A stretch of DNA of 64,000 nucleotides, taken from positions 124,001-188,000 of the forward strand of contig CDMY01000007.1 of the NCBI GenBank assembly GCA_001179505.1, given 5' to 3'. A model generated the notes under the pieces. The model was not told the DNA's origin and ran no database searches. It saw nothing but the letters and a program-made list of their open reading frames with translations. Source of the DNA: Vitrella brassicaformis CCMP3155 (taxonomy: Eukaryota; Protista; Chromerida). The translations under genes and the position numbers were made by a program. Shown here one piece after another: positions 1-12,633 of this stretch. Each line of letters begins with the position of its first letter. Positions within the stretch are counted from its first letter, which is position 1.

Positions 1-2163
1 GTGTACGACCTGGACGGCTCAGTGTTGGTGGTGGACGGATGGATAAATGGGTGGTGCCAGGGGCGTGGGTGTGTATGGGTGGGTGCCTTATGGTCTCTTT
101 GCTCTCTTCCAAACTGGCCTTTCTGTGCGGATGGATGAATGGATGGATGCGTGAGATGCGTCGAGAGGCGTGAGCGTAACGCCATGCCTGTGTGCATCCG
201 TGTCGACTTACTATCACTGACTGACTGCGTCTTTATTGTATTTTTGGTCCACGCTCATTCGACTTACTCACTCCACTCACCATGTGCTGTTTGTATGGAT
301 GTATAGGCTTACCTACCTTACTGCACCCACAGGCTCACTCACTTCTCCTCTCCTGCTTTGGCGCTTTTGGGTGCGGCCCGCTTCACACCACACCCGACCG
401 CCAAGACACACATGCGCACCAGGAGCACACACTGTCTTCTCTCATTTGGAGTCGACCCCTCCCTCATACTGCTTGCTGACGCGACACGATGCACAGCTTC
501 CTGGCTGCTGCGCAGGAGCACTGTTCTTCCGCCGCCGCTTTCCGTCGTTGGCCGCGTTTTTCCAGCGTCCGTCCGGCGGACACCACAACTGTCCATCAGC
601 CGCTGCTCTATCGGCAGTTGTTGTGCCGCCGCACACCTCATTCATATCTGAGCTGTACCTGCCTGTAAGTACTGGCCAGCTCAGCTGGGCACTCACACAC
701 AAACGCATCGGTGCGCCTACATGTGTGTGACGTGTGCATATATGGCGCACATGTACCCTTCCTTCCACAGCACAACACAAATATCGGCGCGGAACACCAT
801 GATGCCATGCCGTCTGACGAGTCGAGATATATGGGATGAATTGCATGGCGTGAACAGTCTGCAAGTGGATGGATGGATGGCAAACTCCGTGCGCCTGCAT
901 GTCCCGCGCTTTTGGTCGTTGCAGGCGCACTGTTCGCACACACACAGACACATTTGAGAGCATTACACACACACAGACATACATACACAATACATACAGA
1001 CAGACAGACAGAATACATACAGACAGACAGACAGATGTGTACGTCAGTTTGCTTGTCCATGTAGGCACGCTGTGCGATGGGTGTCAGTCAGCTGGGAATG
1101 TTTGCTCCGCCCGTGGGTGTGCCCACGCCAGTGTGTCTGCCGGTGCTGCGTACCATAGTGGACAATCAATGGATGGATGGATGGATGGCGGTTTGTCGTT
1201 TGCAGAGTGCCTACAGGCCGGCGTATTACTTACGTGAATGTCTGTCCGCCTCTCTCTTTGTCTGTGTGTGTGTTTGTGTGATGTAGGTGGCGATGTATCT
1301 GTCTGCTGTATGTCTCGTCCGTGGGTTTGCCCGCGCCAAAGTGCCTCTTCGCTGTGTGCTGTCTCTCTGAGGTGTTGTTTGCGTGGCGTCTGGTGTAGAC
1401 AGAAAGATGATATACGTGGCTCAATGAATGCATTGCCTTGCCCTGACTGACAGTTTGATGAATGCATTGCAATGCAGGAGAGGGAGGCACCTTGTGTTTT
1501 GGATGGGTGAGGGGGGGGGGACCTTGTTCGTTCGATGTGGACTGGACGCAACATATTCGTGTGTGTATATGTACTGTCCACCAGTCCGTTCGTCAAGCAT
1601 TCTCGTGGAGACACAGTGACACCACGTGTTCAGATCAGCCGCATGGCTCAAACCCCAACGAGCTGCCCTCACGGCCGCCCGGACAAGTCTGACTGAATCA
1701 CGCACCAACGCATCCAACGAGACTCGCTCGGTCAGCAGTGAGGGTAGCTGGCAGGGGAATCCAATCTACCAGTGGGTCGTATGTGGGCCGAACGAATGCA
1801 CAAATCTCATGTACGTATGCACGTGTTGTCGCAGGACTGCGGCCACTAGGGGAGGAGTATCGGATGTCGTCCAGTGGCGCCGGCTATGGAGCCATCACGG
1901 ATCACTTCCGACACCCAACTCCAAGTGACCGCATCTACCCGCGTCAATGAAAAGCTGTCACGAGAAGGCGAGAAACCTCTGTGGGTGTCTGTCTGTCGTC
2001 TCATCAGGACACTCGTCAAAACGCCCTCCTGTCTGTCTGTCTGTCTATTTACACAAAGTCACCTTATGGACAAATGGGAGGACAGACATACATGCATGCA
2101 TTGGCGGACACTCTCTTTGGGCCGGTCACGGTGGGCGATTCACCAACAGCACTTGCGGCATAA
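1..2163 (+). CDS. 3' part of a probable multi-exon gene, hypothetical protein (exon structure unresolved)
   Basis: There are several + strand acceptor/donor pairs after GT/GTCT-rich tracts. Short exon-like frames include DQPHGSNPNELPSRPPGQ, EGSWQGNPIYQWV and a terminal SPYGQMGGQTYMHALADTLFGPVTVGDSPTALAA* ending at 2163. No family was recognised, and a minus-strand reading of 442-930 is also possible. Confidence 0.3.
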
Positions 2164-2265
2164 GAGATCCACGAATATGGTCGAGGGCTCGCGTACCGCA
2201 CGACACATGACTGAATCTCCCATCGTCAACACAGCCAGAGGGTACTGTGCTCATTCAGTCAGTCG

Positions 2266-3447
2266 TCATATTGCCTCTTGCTCCTCTTCCATGCCGTCGT
2301 TGGCGCCACAGCTCTCGCTGACCGTCGTCAGCCGGCTCGTCAGACCGGTAGACACACTGCTCGACGAATCCTTGACCCTGAACACACACCCAACACACGC
2401 ACCAGTCAGTCAAGACAGACCCACCAGCAGTGAGTGCTTTGGCGAGTGTGGTGTGTCCGTGTGCCTCTGTTGCGTGTGTGGGTGTCGTCTCTCTCACATT
2501 GGGGGCGCGGGGAGGAAGAAGTAGCTGGTGCGGTTCGTGTCCACAAACTGGGCGTAGGGCACACAGGTGAGGATGAAAGCAAACACCAGCGCAACGAACA
2601 CCCACTCACTCGTCCTGACACACCCACACACACCACCACAAACACAGACAGCCATGTGAAACAAACCCAGCCGACATCGCACTCCCAACCCGCTTCACTT
2701 ACGCGATGGCGGCGAACCATTCGTGCAGGTCGTGGTGTCCGCAAAGGTACAGCCCAACCATCACGGCCAGCCCGGACACGAGCATCCCCACGGCAATCAC
2801 CTTCCTCACACCGCTCCTCAGCGGCACCACACACCCCATCGGACCGTCAAGGACAAACGCATACAGCACCGCCTGCGTGGCCTGCGCCCCGAACCACACG
2901 ATGGCGAACCAGTCGTGCGTCTCTTTGTATCGGAGGACGGGCAGCGTGCCGACGCCGCAGAGCGAGACGAATGCCGCGATGGAGAGGAGAAGGCTGCACT
3001 GGTTGTTGATGAGGGAGCGGACCACGCAAGAGGTGAGGTAGGGGGAAATGCTGCGCGTGAGACGGAGGGAGAAGACCAGCCATAGCAGGCCGCCCAGGGG
3101 AAGAAGGGCTGTGGCGATATACTGTTCTGGCGGCGCCGTGAAGGCCATCGAGGGGTGAAACCTGAACAGTCAGCAAACACCTGTGAGCGTGAGCATGATG
3201 ACAGACAGCACTCGCTGCAGCCTCTGCATGTCGTGGCTTACAGAGGGAATTTCATGACGCCTTGGTGGATGGCAAAGGGAGCGCAGATCAGATGAGTGAA
3301 GAGCAGGATGAAGGCAGATCCAAACACCAGAGTGGTGCAGGCGGGCGGCCGCAGACTGCACGTGTGCAGCGCTGACGACGGGAGGCGCAGGTAGGACGCA
3401 GAGGATGCCTCAGAGGCCGATGTTGGCTCATCGGCCTCGGCGCTCAT
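2266..3447 (-). CDS. Frag1/DRAM/Sfk1 (PGAP2/CWH43-N-like) family multi-pass membrane protein, 4 exons
   Basis: Canonical introns join MSAEADEP...GVMKFPL|FHPSMAFTAPPEQY...KETHDWFAIVWFGAQ...HHDLHEWFAAIA|TSEWVFVALVFAFILTCVPY...|VKDSSS...EEQEAI*. The hydrophobic segments, the H-x-x-F-A motif and the late EW motif fit this family. Confidence 0.7.
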
Positions 3448-3667
3448 CTCCACCGCAAGAGCTCCCACCAGATCTTGCGCCCCCCGAGCTTAGTAGCACT
3501 CAAAGCTCGCAGATGGGAGTGACCGCTGGGAGAGGACCGCTGCTGCCGGAGAGGACGGCCGAGGAGAGGAAGCAGGGGTGCTAGGGCCATTCGGCTGACC
3601 ACATCTGCCAAGATCTCGACCACATTGCTGCCTGCAGTGGTGCTGTGTGTGCGGTGCGTGCGACGAG

Positions 3668-4213
3668 ATGGGTGACGTGGCTGATCCCGGGGAGATATTC
3701 AATGCAATCGACCACCACTTTGAGAGGGAGGAATTCGAAGAAGCGCTCGCCAAGTGTAACCAAGGTGATCAGATCTGCCCAAAACACATAATCGCAATCA
3801 ATAACAATCTCCATATCGACTCCCTCCCCTTGCCGTGTGTGTGTGTGTGCGTGTGCAGTTCTGGACCTGAGCAGCGAGGATGTGGATGCCTTGCGCTGCA
3901 AGGCCTTCTGTCTGCTGCAGCTGTCCCGCTGGACGGCCGTGCTGGACCTCATCGACAAGGCGCGGAAGAGCAAGAAGTTCGACCTCAAGAAGACCGACCT
4001 CGAGTTCGAGAAGGCCTACTGCCTCTACAGACTCAACCGCTTCAACGAGGCGCTGCAGGTCATCCAGAAAGTCACCAATGCAGGCGACTTTGACGGAGGG
4101 GAGGACGACCCCGAGCAGTGCTTCGCCAAGCTGGAGGCGCAAGTGGTGAATAAAAGAAGAGGGAGAGAGAGTGGTGTGGTGTGCGGGATGGGATATCTGC
4201 ACCTGGTGCGGTT

Positions 4214-4245
<32 letters not shown>

Positions 4246-7200
4246 AGCGGTACCGTATGGGCGACTACGGCAAGTGTCGGGACATCTATGAAGGGCTGCT
4301 CGAAGATGAGGACAACGCACAAGACGTAAGACACACCCACCACACAAGGAAGACCCTGATGGCACGCATCCAGTGGTGCTCGTGCTCTCTCTCCCTGTGT
4401 GTGCAGAAGATGCTGATTGTCAATCTCCTGGCCGCCTGCATCTCCGGCAACCTCGGCGAACAGACCGCACAAGCCGTCGACAGGGCCGAGGTCAGCCGAT
4501 GACATCGGTGTCACATTCATTGCTTCCGTCATGACTGCGTCTGTCTGTCTGTCTGTGTGTATGTCATCCATCCGTCCATCAGGGTCACATGAACGATTCT
4601 TATGAGGTGGCCTTCAACATGGCGTGCACGCTCATCGAGAAGGGTGACCTCACGGGGGCACAAGACATCCTCAAGACAGCACAAGGTCAGTTCAGTGACT
4701 GAGGCAACACCCGGTCAGTGATCCGTTGGACGGCAGCATCGGATCTGCCTGCCTATGTTATGTGCATCAATCAGAGTTGTGTCGTCGTGAGTTGGAGTCG
4801 GACGAGGACGTGCAGGCAGAGGGGGAGGAACTCGACAACCATCCTGGTCACACACACACAGACACACACACACACGCACACACGCACACACGCACACACG
4901 CACACACACACACGAGGGAGGGGGGCAAACAGATCAGTTCCGTGTGTCTATCGATCCTTTTCGTTCCTTACAAAGAGCTGGCATCCATCAAGGTCCAGAG
5001 CGCGTTCATCCAGCAGAGGAAAGGTACGCACCCGACCCGCCTTCATCCAGCCGCCTACACTACAGGATCCTCTCCTTGTCTGTCTCTACTGTTTGTGTGT
5101 GTAGGTGACCTTGATGGTGCGGCTCAGATCTACAACAGTGTGTTGAGGCAGCACCGTGAGGACGAGGACCACGAGATTGACGTCACCGTACTCGCCGTCG
5201 CACAAAACAACCTCGTCGCACTCAAGTAACAAACAGACCGAAACGATCCGCCTGTCCACCACCCACTCCTGTCACCCTCTGTCTGATACATGTGTGTGTC
5301 GCTTCAGGCCAGAGGGCAAGTCTCTGTTCGACTCGCTGAAGCGCATCAATGTGGCCTCCAAGGAGTCCCTCGAGCACAAACTCACCACCAAACAGGCAGC
5401 CGCTATCGCGCTCAACAAATGCCTCGTGCTGCTGCAGGCCGGCAAGGTGCGCACAGCACGAGTGGGGTGGGACACACAGAGAGAGAGAGGCCGTGCACTG
5501 TGTGGTGTTGCTTTTGTCTCATGCAGATGGAGGAGTGTCGCCGCGCGTTGCAGGCCGTCCAGCCTAAGTTCTCGACACACCCCAGATTCGCCATCATCAA
5601 CGCGTACCTGCAGGCGCGTACTCACCGAACTAACTCGTCCAACACCCGTCCAACACCCGTCCAACACCCGTCTACCCGTTCCATATGTTGTATGTCTGTC
5701 GATCAGTATGTTGACAAGAAGACGTCCAAGGCTGAGGAGATTCTCCGCACGGCACTCGAGGCGGCACCCAGGGAGAAAACCAAAGAGCTTGTGGTACGCA
5801 CGTATGTCGACCCGAAGCACTTACCCAGCGACACACACACACACACACACAGACCCGGACCATCGTGGTATGCATGTGGTTGTGTTGTTCTATTTATCAG
5901 TTGGCGTTGGTAGAGTTCAAGATGAGCCAGAACCACTTCAGCGAGGCCGTCCAAGCCATGAGGCAGCTACCCGAGGAGTCACTCTGGCAACCAGGTGCGG
6001 GCAAACTCACTCACTCACTCACTCACTCGCCAAGCCCTCCGATCGATGTGCAGTGGATGGATGGATAGATGGATGGATGTGTGCGTCATCTATCTCGTGT
6101 CAGGTTTCCTGTCTGTGGCCGTGAGTCTGTACCAGCGTGCCAAGGACATCGAGGGCGCCGCCCAGATGCTCGAAGGCGCCATCCAGTACTGGGCCGACAA
6201 AAGCGTAAGCCAAGCAGGGCACACAGGCAAACTTGCTCATCCATCGATCCATCGATCCATCCATCCATCCATCCATGAGCTCGTGTGTGGTCTGCACAGG
6301 CCGAGGAGGCCGAGTCGACCCTCGAGAAGATCCTCCACACATCAGGAGGTAGGCAAGACGCGTCATGAAGACCAGACGCACTGGATGTGCCTCCCTTGTC
6401 GTCCGCAGAGTTGTGTGTGAAGCTCCGTCGTTGGGAGGACGCTACGCGCCACTTCAAGATGATACTCGAAAAGGTACACAGACACACATAAACCGACGCG
6501 CAGCCAGTTCATTAATCCGACTTCTTTGGCTGCAAACCAATTGCAGATCGACGGCACTGACCGAAAGGCGGCCTGTGGCCTGGTTGCTGCCGCCAGCTAC
6601 CATGACGACGACCTGGCCGAGACATACGCGGACCGACTCCCCCTGCCCGCATCAGTGCAGCGATTCGGTACGCACACACGACATACATCATCACGGCACC
6701 TAGGCGATGGCTGTGTGTGTGTGTGTGTTGGTCACGTCAGATCCTGAGGAGCTGGAGTTTGCGGCCTTGCCCAAGACCTACAGGGGCAAGAAGGCCGAAT
6801 CTACGGCCGCGGCTGCTGCTGCTGCTGCGTAAGGACACTGAAAACGGGAGGGTGCACAGCGAAGGAGAGGAGATATCACGTTGGTGTCCGTTCCTTTGTT
6901 TGTGTCTTCTCCTCTTCTCCCTCAGTGATGCCGAGGCGTCTGCGTCGGCGACTGATGGCACCACGTCTGCAGCGGCGGCGAAGAGGAAGGCCGTCAAGAA
7001 GCGGAAGAGGAAAATCAGATACCCCAAGAACTTCGACCCTGAGAACCCTGGTGTGTGCACCCGCCCTGCCAGCACAGACCCAGGCCAGCCACTCTCCTGT
7101 CGTTTCCTCTACTATCAGGCCCTCCGCCCGATCCGGAGCGATGGCTGCCGAAGCACGAAAGGTGAGAGGGGGAGGGGGGAAAGGGGGCAGGGGGAGGGGG

Positions 7201-7570
7201 GGCAATCAGCCGGCACGATCACGTGTATTGTGTTGTGTGTGTGCAGGTCTGCTTTCAAGAAGTTGTATCGGCGCCGCAAGGACCAGATCAGCCGAGGGCC
7301 GCAGGGAGCCATGCCCACTGACGCAAACCTCGCCAAACCAGCAGGTATGCACGCCATCCAATCGACTGGCTTGGTGGCTGCAACCCTCCTCTCTCTGTGC
7401 TGTGGTTCGCTGCATGGACAGGGCCGTCAACTGCGCGGACGGAGGTGGCTCAGGAGCATACGGCACAGAGGCACAAGTGAGCAGCAGGCGGGCACCACCA
7501 CGTAGCCCTCGTATTCACTGCATCATTGTGTCCATGTGTGTGCAGGGGCAAGAAGGGCAGAAAGAAGTGA
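3668..7570 (+). CDS. SRP72: Signal recognition particle subunit SRP72, about 22 exons
   Basis: N-terminal TPR-like exons (FEKAYCLYRLNRFNEAL; AKLEAQVYRMGDYGKCRDIY; SYEVAFNMACTLIE) and the SRP72 RNA-binding signature KKRKRKIRYPKNFDPENPGPPPDPERWLPKHERS followed by RGPQGA. It ends GKKGRKK*. Confidence 0.96.
4215..4244. repeat. (GT)n microsatellite in an SRP72 intron, representative of many intronic GT/CA, GTCT and GGAT tracts
   Basis: Read directly from the sequence, immediately before the CAG acceptor. Confidence 0.95.
5638..5670. repeat. 11-bp tandem repeat (GTCCAACACCC)x3 in an SRP72 intron
   Basis: Read directly: gtccaacaccc gtccaacaccc gtccaacaccc. Confidence 0.9.
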
Positions 7571-8214
7571 TGCTTTCCCGGCAGTCACGGCGGTGGATTT
7601 GCTTGTGTGGACTGAGGGGGAGGCACTGCTGTGCTGGTTGGTGTGTCTCTGTCTGTAAGAGGTCGTGCCGGGAGGCATTCGTCGTATGAATGCATGCACG
7701 GAGGTGTGACACGCATTCATATGTGGCGCGTTTTCACCATCGATGACGCAGGCCAGACAGACGAGGACTGCCTGCCTCTCTTATCTCTCTGCGCTGCGTG
7801 AGTGTGGTGGCTGAGACTCTGTGTGGCTGTGCTGGCTGTTAGACGTCATGAATTGAAGGGAGGTTATTTATTTTATCCGATCGACAGAGATATATACACT
7901 TTAGGGTCCGCACGGCTTGGTCCGCCCGCCCCCCCTCTCTCCCCCCCCACACATCCGCCCGCACACATCCGCCCGCACACACATCTGCAGTTGGTGTGAG
8001 TGAACCGAATTCTGCAGTGACGGCCAGGGGAGGTGCCTGGTCGCATCGATGCATTCATTGGTGCTTTGCTTCCCAGGTCGATGACCCTCGCCCAGTTGTT
8101 GACACAGGCCCTCCAGGAAAGAATCTGATACCCACAAATGTAAAATGCAGGCGGCGATCTGAGGACACATGACACGTACACATAACCAAAGCAATGGATG
8201 TCTTCACGTAAGGT

Positions 8215-10084
8215 TCAAGCTGTGTCTCTATTCTTTCCTTCTTTTGAGTCCTCCTCAGAACCGCCGTGTTCAGCCCCTCGACACTGCGGATCTTGCTCCG
8301 CGCAGATGGAAGGGCTCGATACCGCCAGCCACCCTTCCGTGTTGCGACAGTCGACGACCTCGAATTTCTCCTCTCGAACCTCGTCGAAGCTCGCCAGCAC
8401 CCCTCCCTCGGCGTGCCATCCCGTCACGGTGTCCTTGGCCAGCTGCACTGTGGCCGCGGTGCCGCTGGGGGCTGCGTCGTCTGGGCGGCGTGTGATGGCG
8501 CCTGAGAAGTGAAAATGGATCTCAATGAATCGTCCCATTCGTGACGGCTGTCGTGCTGCCGATGGCGGCGTGCCCGTGGCGGGCTATCTCGACGGCCCTG
8601 GCGGTGGTACGGTGTTGGCGATGCGCGACGTCTTCTGAGGTACAGAGAGAAGAAAGTGTCGAATGCGTGATTCGTCCTTGTGGCCCTCACCTCGTATGCA
8701 CGTGGCGGCGACGGTGCTGCCCCGTCTGGCGTTCATAGGGAGTCGAAGATCGGTTGCGCCTGGGACGACAGAGAAAGTGAGAGTGTCGACATTCATTTAT
8801 TCGATGTGTCGTGAACACCGTACTGGCGCGGCGATGGAGAGGAGATGGGAAACGTGTTGCCCATTTGCGGCTTCGACTTCGTGAGCACTCACTGAGGCAC
8901 ACGGACACTGCGATGGCCCCATCCATGCTGATGCCTTTTCCCATACCGGCCATCTCTTACGTGTTTTTGTATCTCCAGCACCCCTTCTGTCCCCCAGTCG
9001 TCAGCTCTGCAGAAGAACAGAGCACAACGCGGCACAGCGCACCCGTTGTGTGTTTGGCTTGATTCAAGGGTGTCTCAATTCTCTGTACCTTCTTCTGCCA
9101 GGTGAGTCGTCCGGTCAAAGTCCACCGTGAAATCTAGGCATACCACATAGAGATGAAAGCAAATTCGCGTGGTGGCCTTCACGATTTGCCAACCTGGCCC
9201 TCTCCCTGTCTCTGTCGTAGCGCCTCCAGTGTCCGTCGCGGTCGAAGGATTCGATCCGGTCGAATGGGTAGCGCTGAATGAACAAGATGACCGGCCAGAT
9301 TCACCCGCTGTGAGTAATTGATTTTGGCGCAGTGACGTATTTTTTCCAATATTCCAAGCTTGTCACCCACCTTTGGGGTGTACTTGCCGCCAGCCCTTCC
9401 CCTCGCCCTCTCCCTGCCCCTGCCACCCCGCTCGTAGGGACTCAATCTGTATCCACACAGGCAAGCGTGCGTCCACGAACCATCAAGTCGCCTGCTCTCT
9501 GTCTTCCGCTCACCTCATGTGTTCTCGTAGATCTGGTCCTCGGTGCTCTTCTTCTTGCTCGCTTGTCCGGCTCGGTGCTCTTCACGATTCGCGCCTTTGA
9601 CTTCTTGAGCGCCCACTGAAGCACTCCGTATACGGTGAGCGTGGATGGCCCTCGTGGCATGACTTCTTGTCCTTGGTGCTGGCGGCCTTCTTGCCCTTCT
9701 TGCCCCGGGTCACCTCAACCCACCCGTCATCAGACGGCGCGGGCTTCTCCTCAGCCTTGGCCTCTGCCACCCTTGGCCTCTGCCACCACTGTCGCGGGAG
9801 AGACCTCAGACGAGGCGGCATGCTCAAGCCGTGTTGGGCGTCGGCACGTCCACTGGCGGCTTGGCCTCTTCGGCGGACGGCTCGGCCTCGGCCTCGAGGG
9901 CAGGTGGGGGTGAGGGAGCAGGCGAGGCGTCGTCTTGGGCAGGGGCGGGTGCGGGGGGACCACCGCCGTTGGTGGGCTCTTCGGAGCTGACCTTGTTCTT
10001 GCACTTCTTGCGCACTTCTTGTTGGCGCGCCCCGTCTTGCTGGTTTCCCTGTCAGTCCTCCTCGGCCTTCTCCTCAGCCACCAT
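8215..10084 (-). pseudogene. Probable decayed intron-containing gene for a Lys/Glu/Pro-rich protein
   Basis: Coding-like, GC3-rich segments (MVAEEKAEED; KKCKNKVSSEEPTNGGGPPAPAPAQDDASP; AEAKAEEKPAPSDDGWVEVTRGKKGKKAASTKDKK; STEDQIYENT; IQRYPFDRIESFDRDGHWRRYD; VLASFDEVREEKFEVVD) lie in incompatible frames. They are separated by in-frame TGA codons and small duplications, and canonical minus-strand introns persist from 9512 to 8510. Confidence 0.55.
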
Positions 10085-10550
10085 CGGGAGCGGCCGCACC
10101 CTCACCCTCACGCTCAGCAATCTTGCCCTCGCCGAGGGAAGAACGGGGAACGTGGGAGTTCTAGCTTTTTCCCCTTTTTTTTCAGGGTTTGCAGGGTTTG
10201 TCTCGTCGAGACTCTCGAGATTCTCAGGAAAGGACCTCGAGAAATACGCCCGCACCAGTACGTCATAAAAGAAGCATGGGTGGGCCCAACAACGGCCTTA
10301 AATGCAGCACATAACACAGCTGCAAGACACCGAATCTCTGCGGGTGCAGACAGACAGACAGACAAAGTAGCTGATCAGCTCGGCTCTACACACCCACTCT
10401 CACCCATTCTCACCCACCGTACATCCTTACAGCTCCTAACATGGCTGGTGCATAAAGCACTGTACACTCACGCAATGAATCAGAAAGGAAAACAACCTTG
10501 CACCGCACAGTCACACATGCAGCCAGTCAGGCGGCCGGGAAAAGCAATAA

Positions 10551-12291
10551 TCACATCCGATCGATGAAAGCAACAGCGATGAGGCCGAGAGCCACCGCCA
10601 GCCGCACCCCACCCGCACCAACAGGTATCGACTCACCACTGGTCGACTCCTCTGACTCCCTCTGCGTCCCGCCAAAGGCCACCTCATAGACCTCATCATC
10701 TCCGCCCACCACGCCCGTCCTCTGATCCTCATCGGTGCACGGCTGGCACGACCCTCCGCAGTCCACTCCCAGCTCGTTGCCATTCTGCAGACCGTCGTCA
10801 CACAACCGGTACTCCTGTGCATACACACAATCATTGGCGCAGCGGGACGGAGAGCGAAATACACGGGTCGATCATACAGTACTGTGTTCTTCTTGTCTGC
10901 TGACCGACCTCCACTGTGTCGTAGATGGGGTGTGTGGGGGGCTTCTCGTTGCTGTCGAGCCGCCCCTGGCCGCCGAAGATGTACACACTGTCGCCGTAGG
11001 CCGCACCGGCGAACCGCATGCGCTCAGAGGGGATGGGCCGCATCTGGGTCCACTCGTCGTCCTTCGGCGAATAGCTCTCCACGTCGTTGACAGGGACGGA
11101 CAGCTTCTCGCACTTGGAGGGGTCGGAGTGCTTCTGTTCCCCACCGATCACCATGAAATGACCATTCAGCGCCACACCACTGCAACCAACCAACACACAA
11201 ACACACAAACACACACACACACAAGAAAAAGAATATGGACAATTGTGGGTTCGGTTCCTGAGCTGCATTTCATTCATGCATGTATTTGTCTGTGTGCGTA
11301 CGCTTTGTCGGCTCGTGGCGTGTCCATGGCCTTGAGCTCTCGCCAGTCGTTGTCGGGCGGCGGATCAAACACCTCCAGCGAGTCCAGGGGGTGGCAGAAG
11401 TCGCTTGCAAACCCTCCAAACACATAGCCCTTCCCGCCGATGGTCACTGCCGTGAAGTCGCCCCTCGCACTGCCCATCGGCGGCCCCTTGGTCCACGAAC
11501 GGTTGCCCGTGTGGAAGATCTGGTGTGCGTTGAGGGTGGAGTAGTGCCTATCGTAGCCGCCCACCACATGGATGGCCGAGTCGAGTAGGAAGGCCGCCAA
11601 GTCGCTGGAGGGGATCGGCATGTCGTGGGGCGACGATAGAGTCTCCCTGAAACGGGGAGAGAAAATTGCAGCAGATATCATATGAGCACGGACAGAGGCC
11701 GGCCGGCGCATCCATCGATGTGGCAGCCTACCAAGTGCCAGTGGATGTGTCGTACACGTCCACCTCTGCAATGAGCTCGTCTGTGGTACTCCGCCCGCCA
11801 ATGAGATAAAGCTGCCCGCCCAGTGCCGCCGCTGCGTGGCGATAGCGTGGTCGGGGGGCAGACGGCAGGGCGCCCCAGCTGTCCAGATCTGACGCACGCA
11901 CGACAGCATCTCGATGGATGGGCGAGTGGCATAGTTTTTCGTCGGTCATGCATTGGTTGCTCACCGGGTGTGTAGGCGTGCACTTCTCGAGTGACGTTGG
12001 GGCAGAAGCAGTAGAGGTCTTCACGGTCGGGGCAGACCTGGCCCTCCACGCAGCCGCCCACACACAGAATGGACTGGTCAACCGTCGTGCAGGTGAAGTC
12101 GCTGCAGACAGACATCACGTCGGTCGCATTCATCATACGCTCTTTGGATGCTCGGATCTGTGTGCTGCCTTTGCTTTGTGTGCCCACCTCGTGGGCATCG
12201 GCATCGGTGTTCTTTTGTTCCATTTGTCTTTCTGCGCCACTGGAGTCACCGCCAGCAGGGCGACGGTGACAATTACACCCAGCAACCTCAT
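10551..12291 (-). CDS. Secreted Kelch-repeat (beta-propeller) protein with a Cys-rich module and hydrophobic C-terminus
   Basis: Signal peptide MRLLGVIVTVALLAVTPVAQ. About six Kelch blades (PMPTRSDFTC..LCVGG; APRPRYRHAAAALGGQLYLIGG; IHVVGGYD; SARGDFTAVTIGGKGYVFGG; FMVIGGE; SERMRFAGAAYGDSVYIFGG). Then CDDGLQNGNELGVDCGGSCQPC and the tail VRLAVALGLIAVAFIDRM*. Confidence 0.88.
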
Positions 12292-12633
12292 CGTTCTTGT
12301 GTGCGAGCTTGTGCAGTGCTCTGTATTTTGCCAGCCGTTCACAGACCAGACGTCTTCGGCCTTCACGGGTCGAAGGCTCGGGTTGTAGTGCTTTGCTTTT
12401 GTAGTTTGTGTGGTCAGATCTATCTAGTGAACCTGTCAGTCTGCCGCCCTCCCGGTGAGAGAAGCGAAGCCGCCCAACGTGGTCACCAGAGCCTCAACGC
12501 CATCGCAACCAACGACACACGAGAGCTCTGTATCCCCTTCACTGCGCCCAGCCTCTCCGCCCGCTCCCTGCGCTGCCTGGCGTGACCCAGATGCCTGTCT
12601 CGTAGCGACCGCAGCGCAGAGACGACGGCCACT

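Noticed and set aside
339-1068. Minus-strand gene model (LFTPCNSSHISRLV...YSSDMNEVCGG...)
   Set aside because: Splice-compatible, but no start or homology was recognisable, and the intron-like tracts here favour a + strand gene. Left unresolved.
10052-10054. In-frame TGA as selenocysteine or readthrough in the Lys/Glu-rich gene
   Set aside because: The locus also has multiple frameshifts, the context is not redox-like, and no SECIS was recognised. Decay is the simpler explanation.
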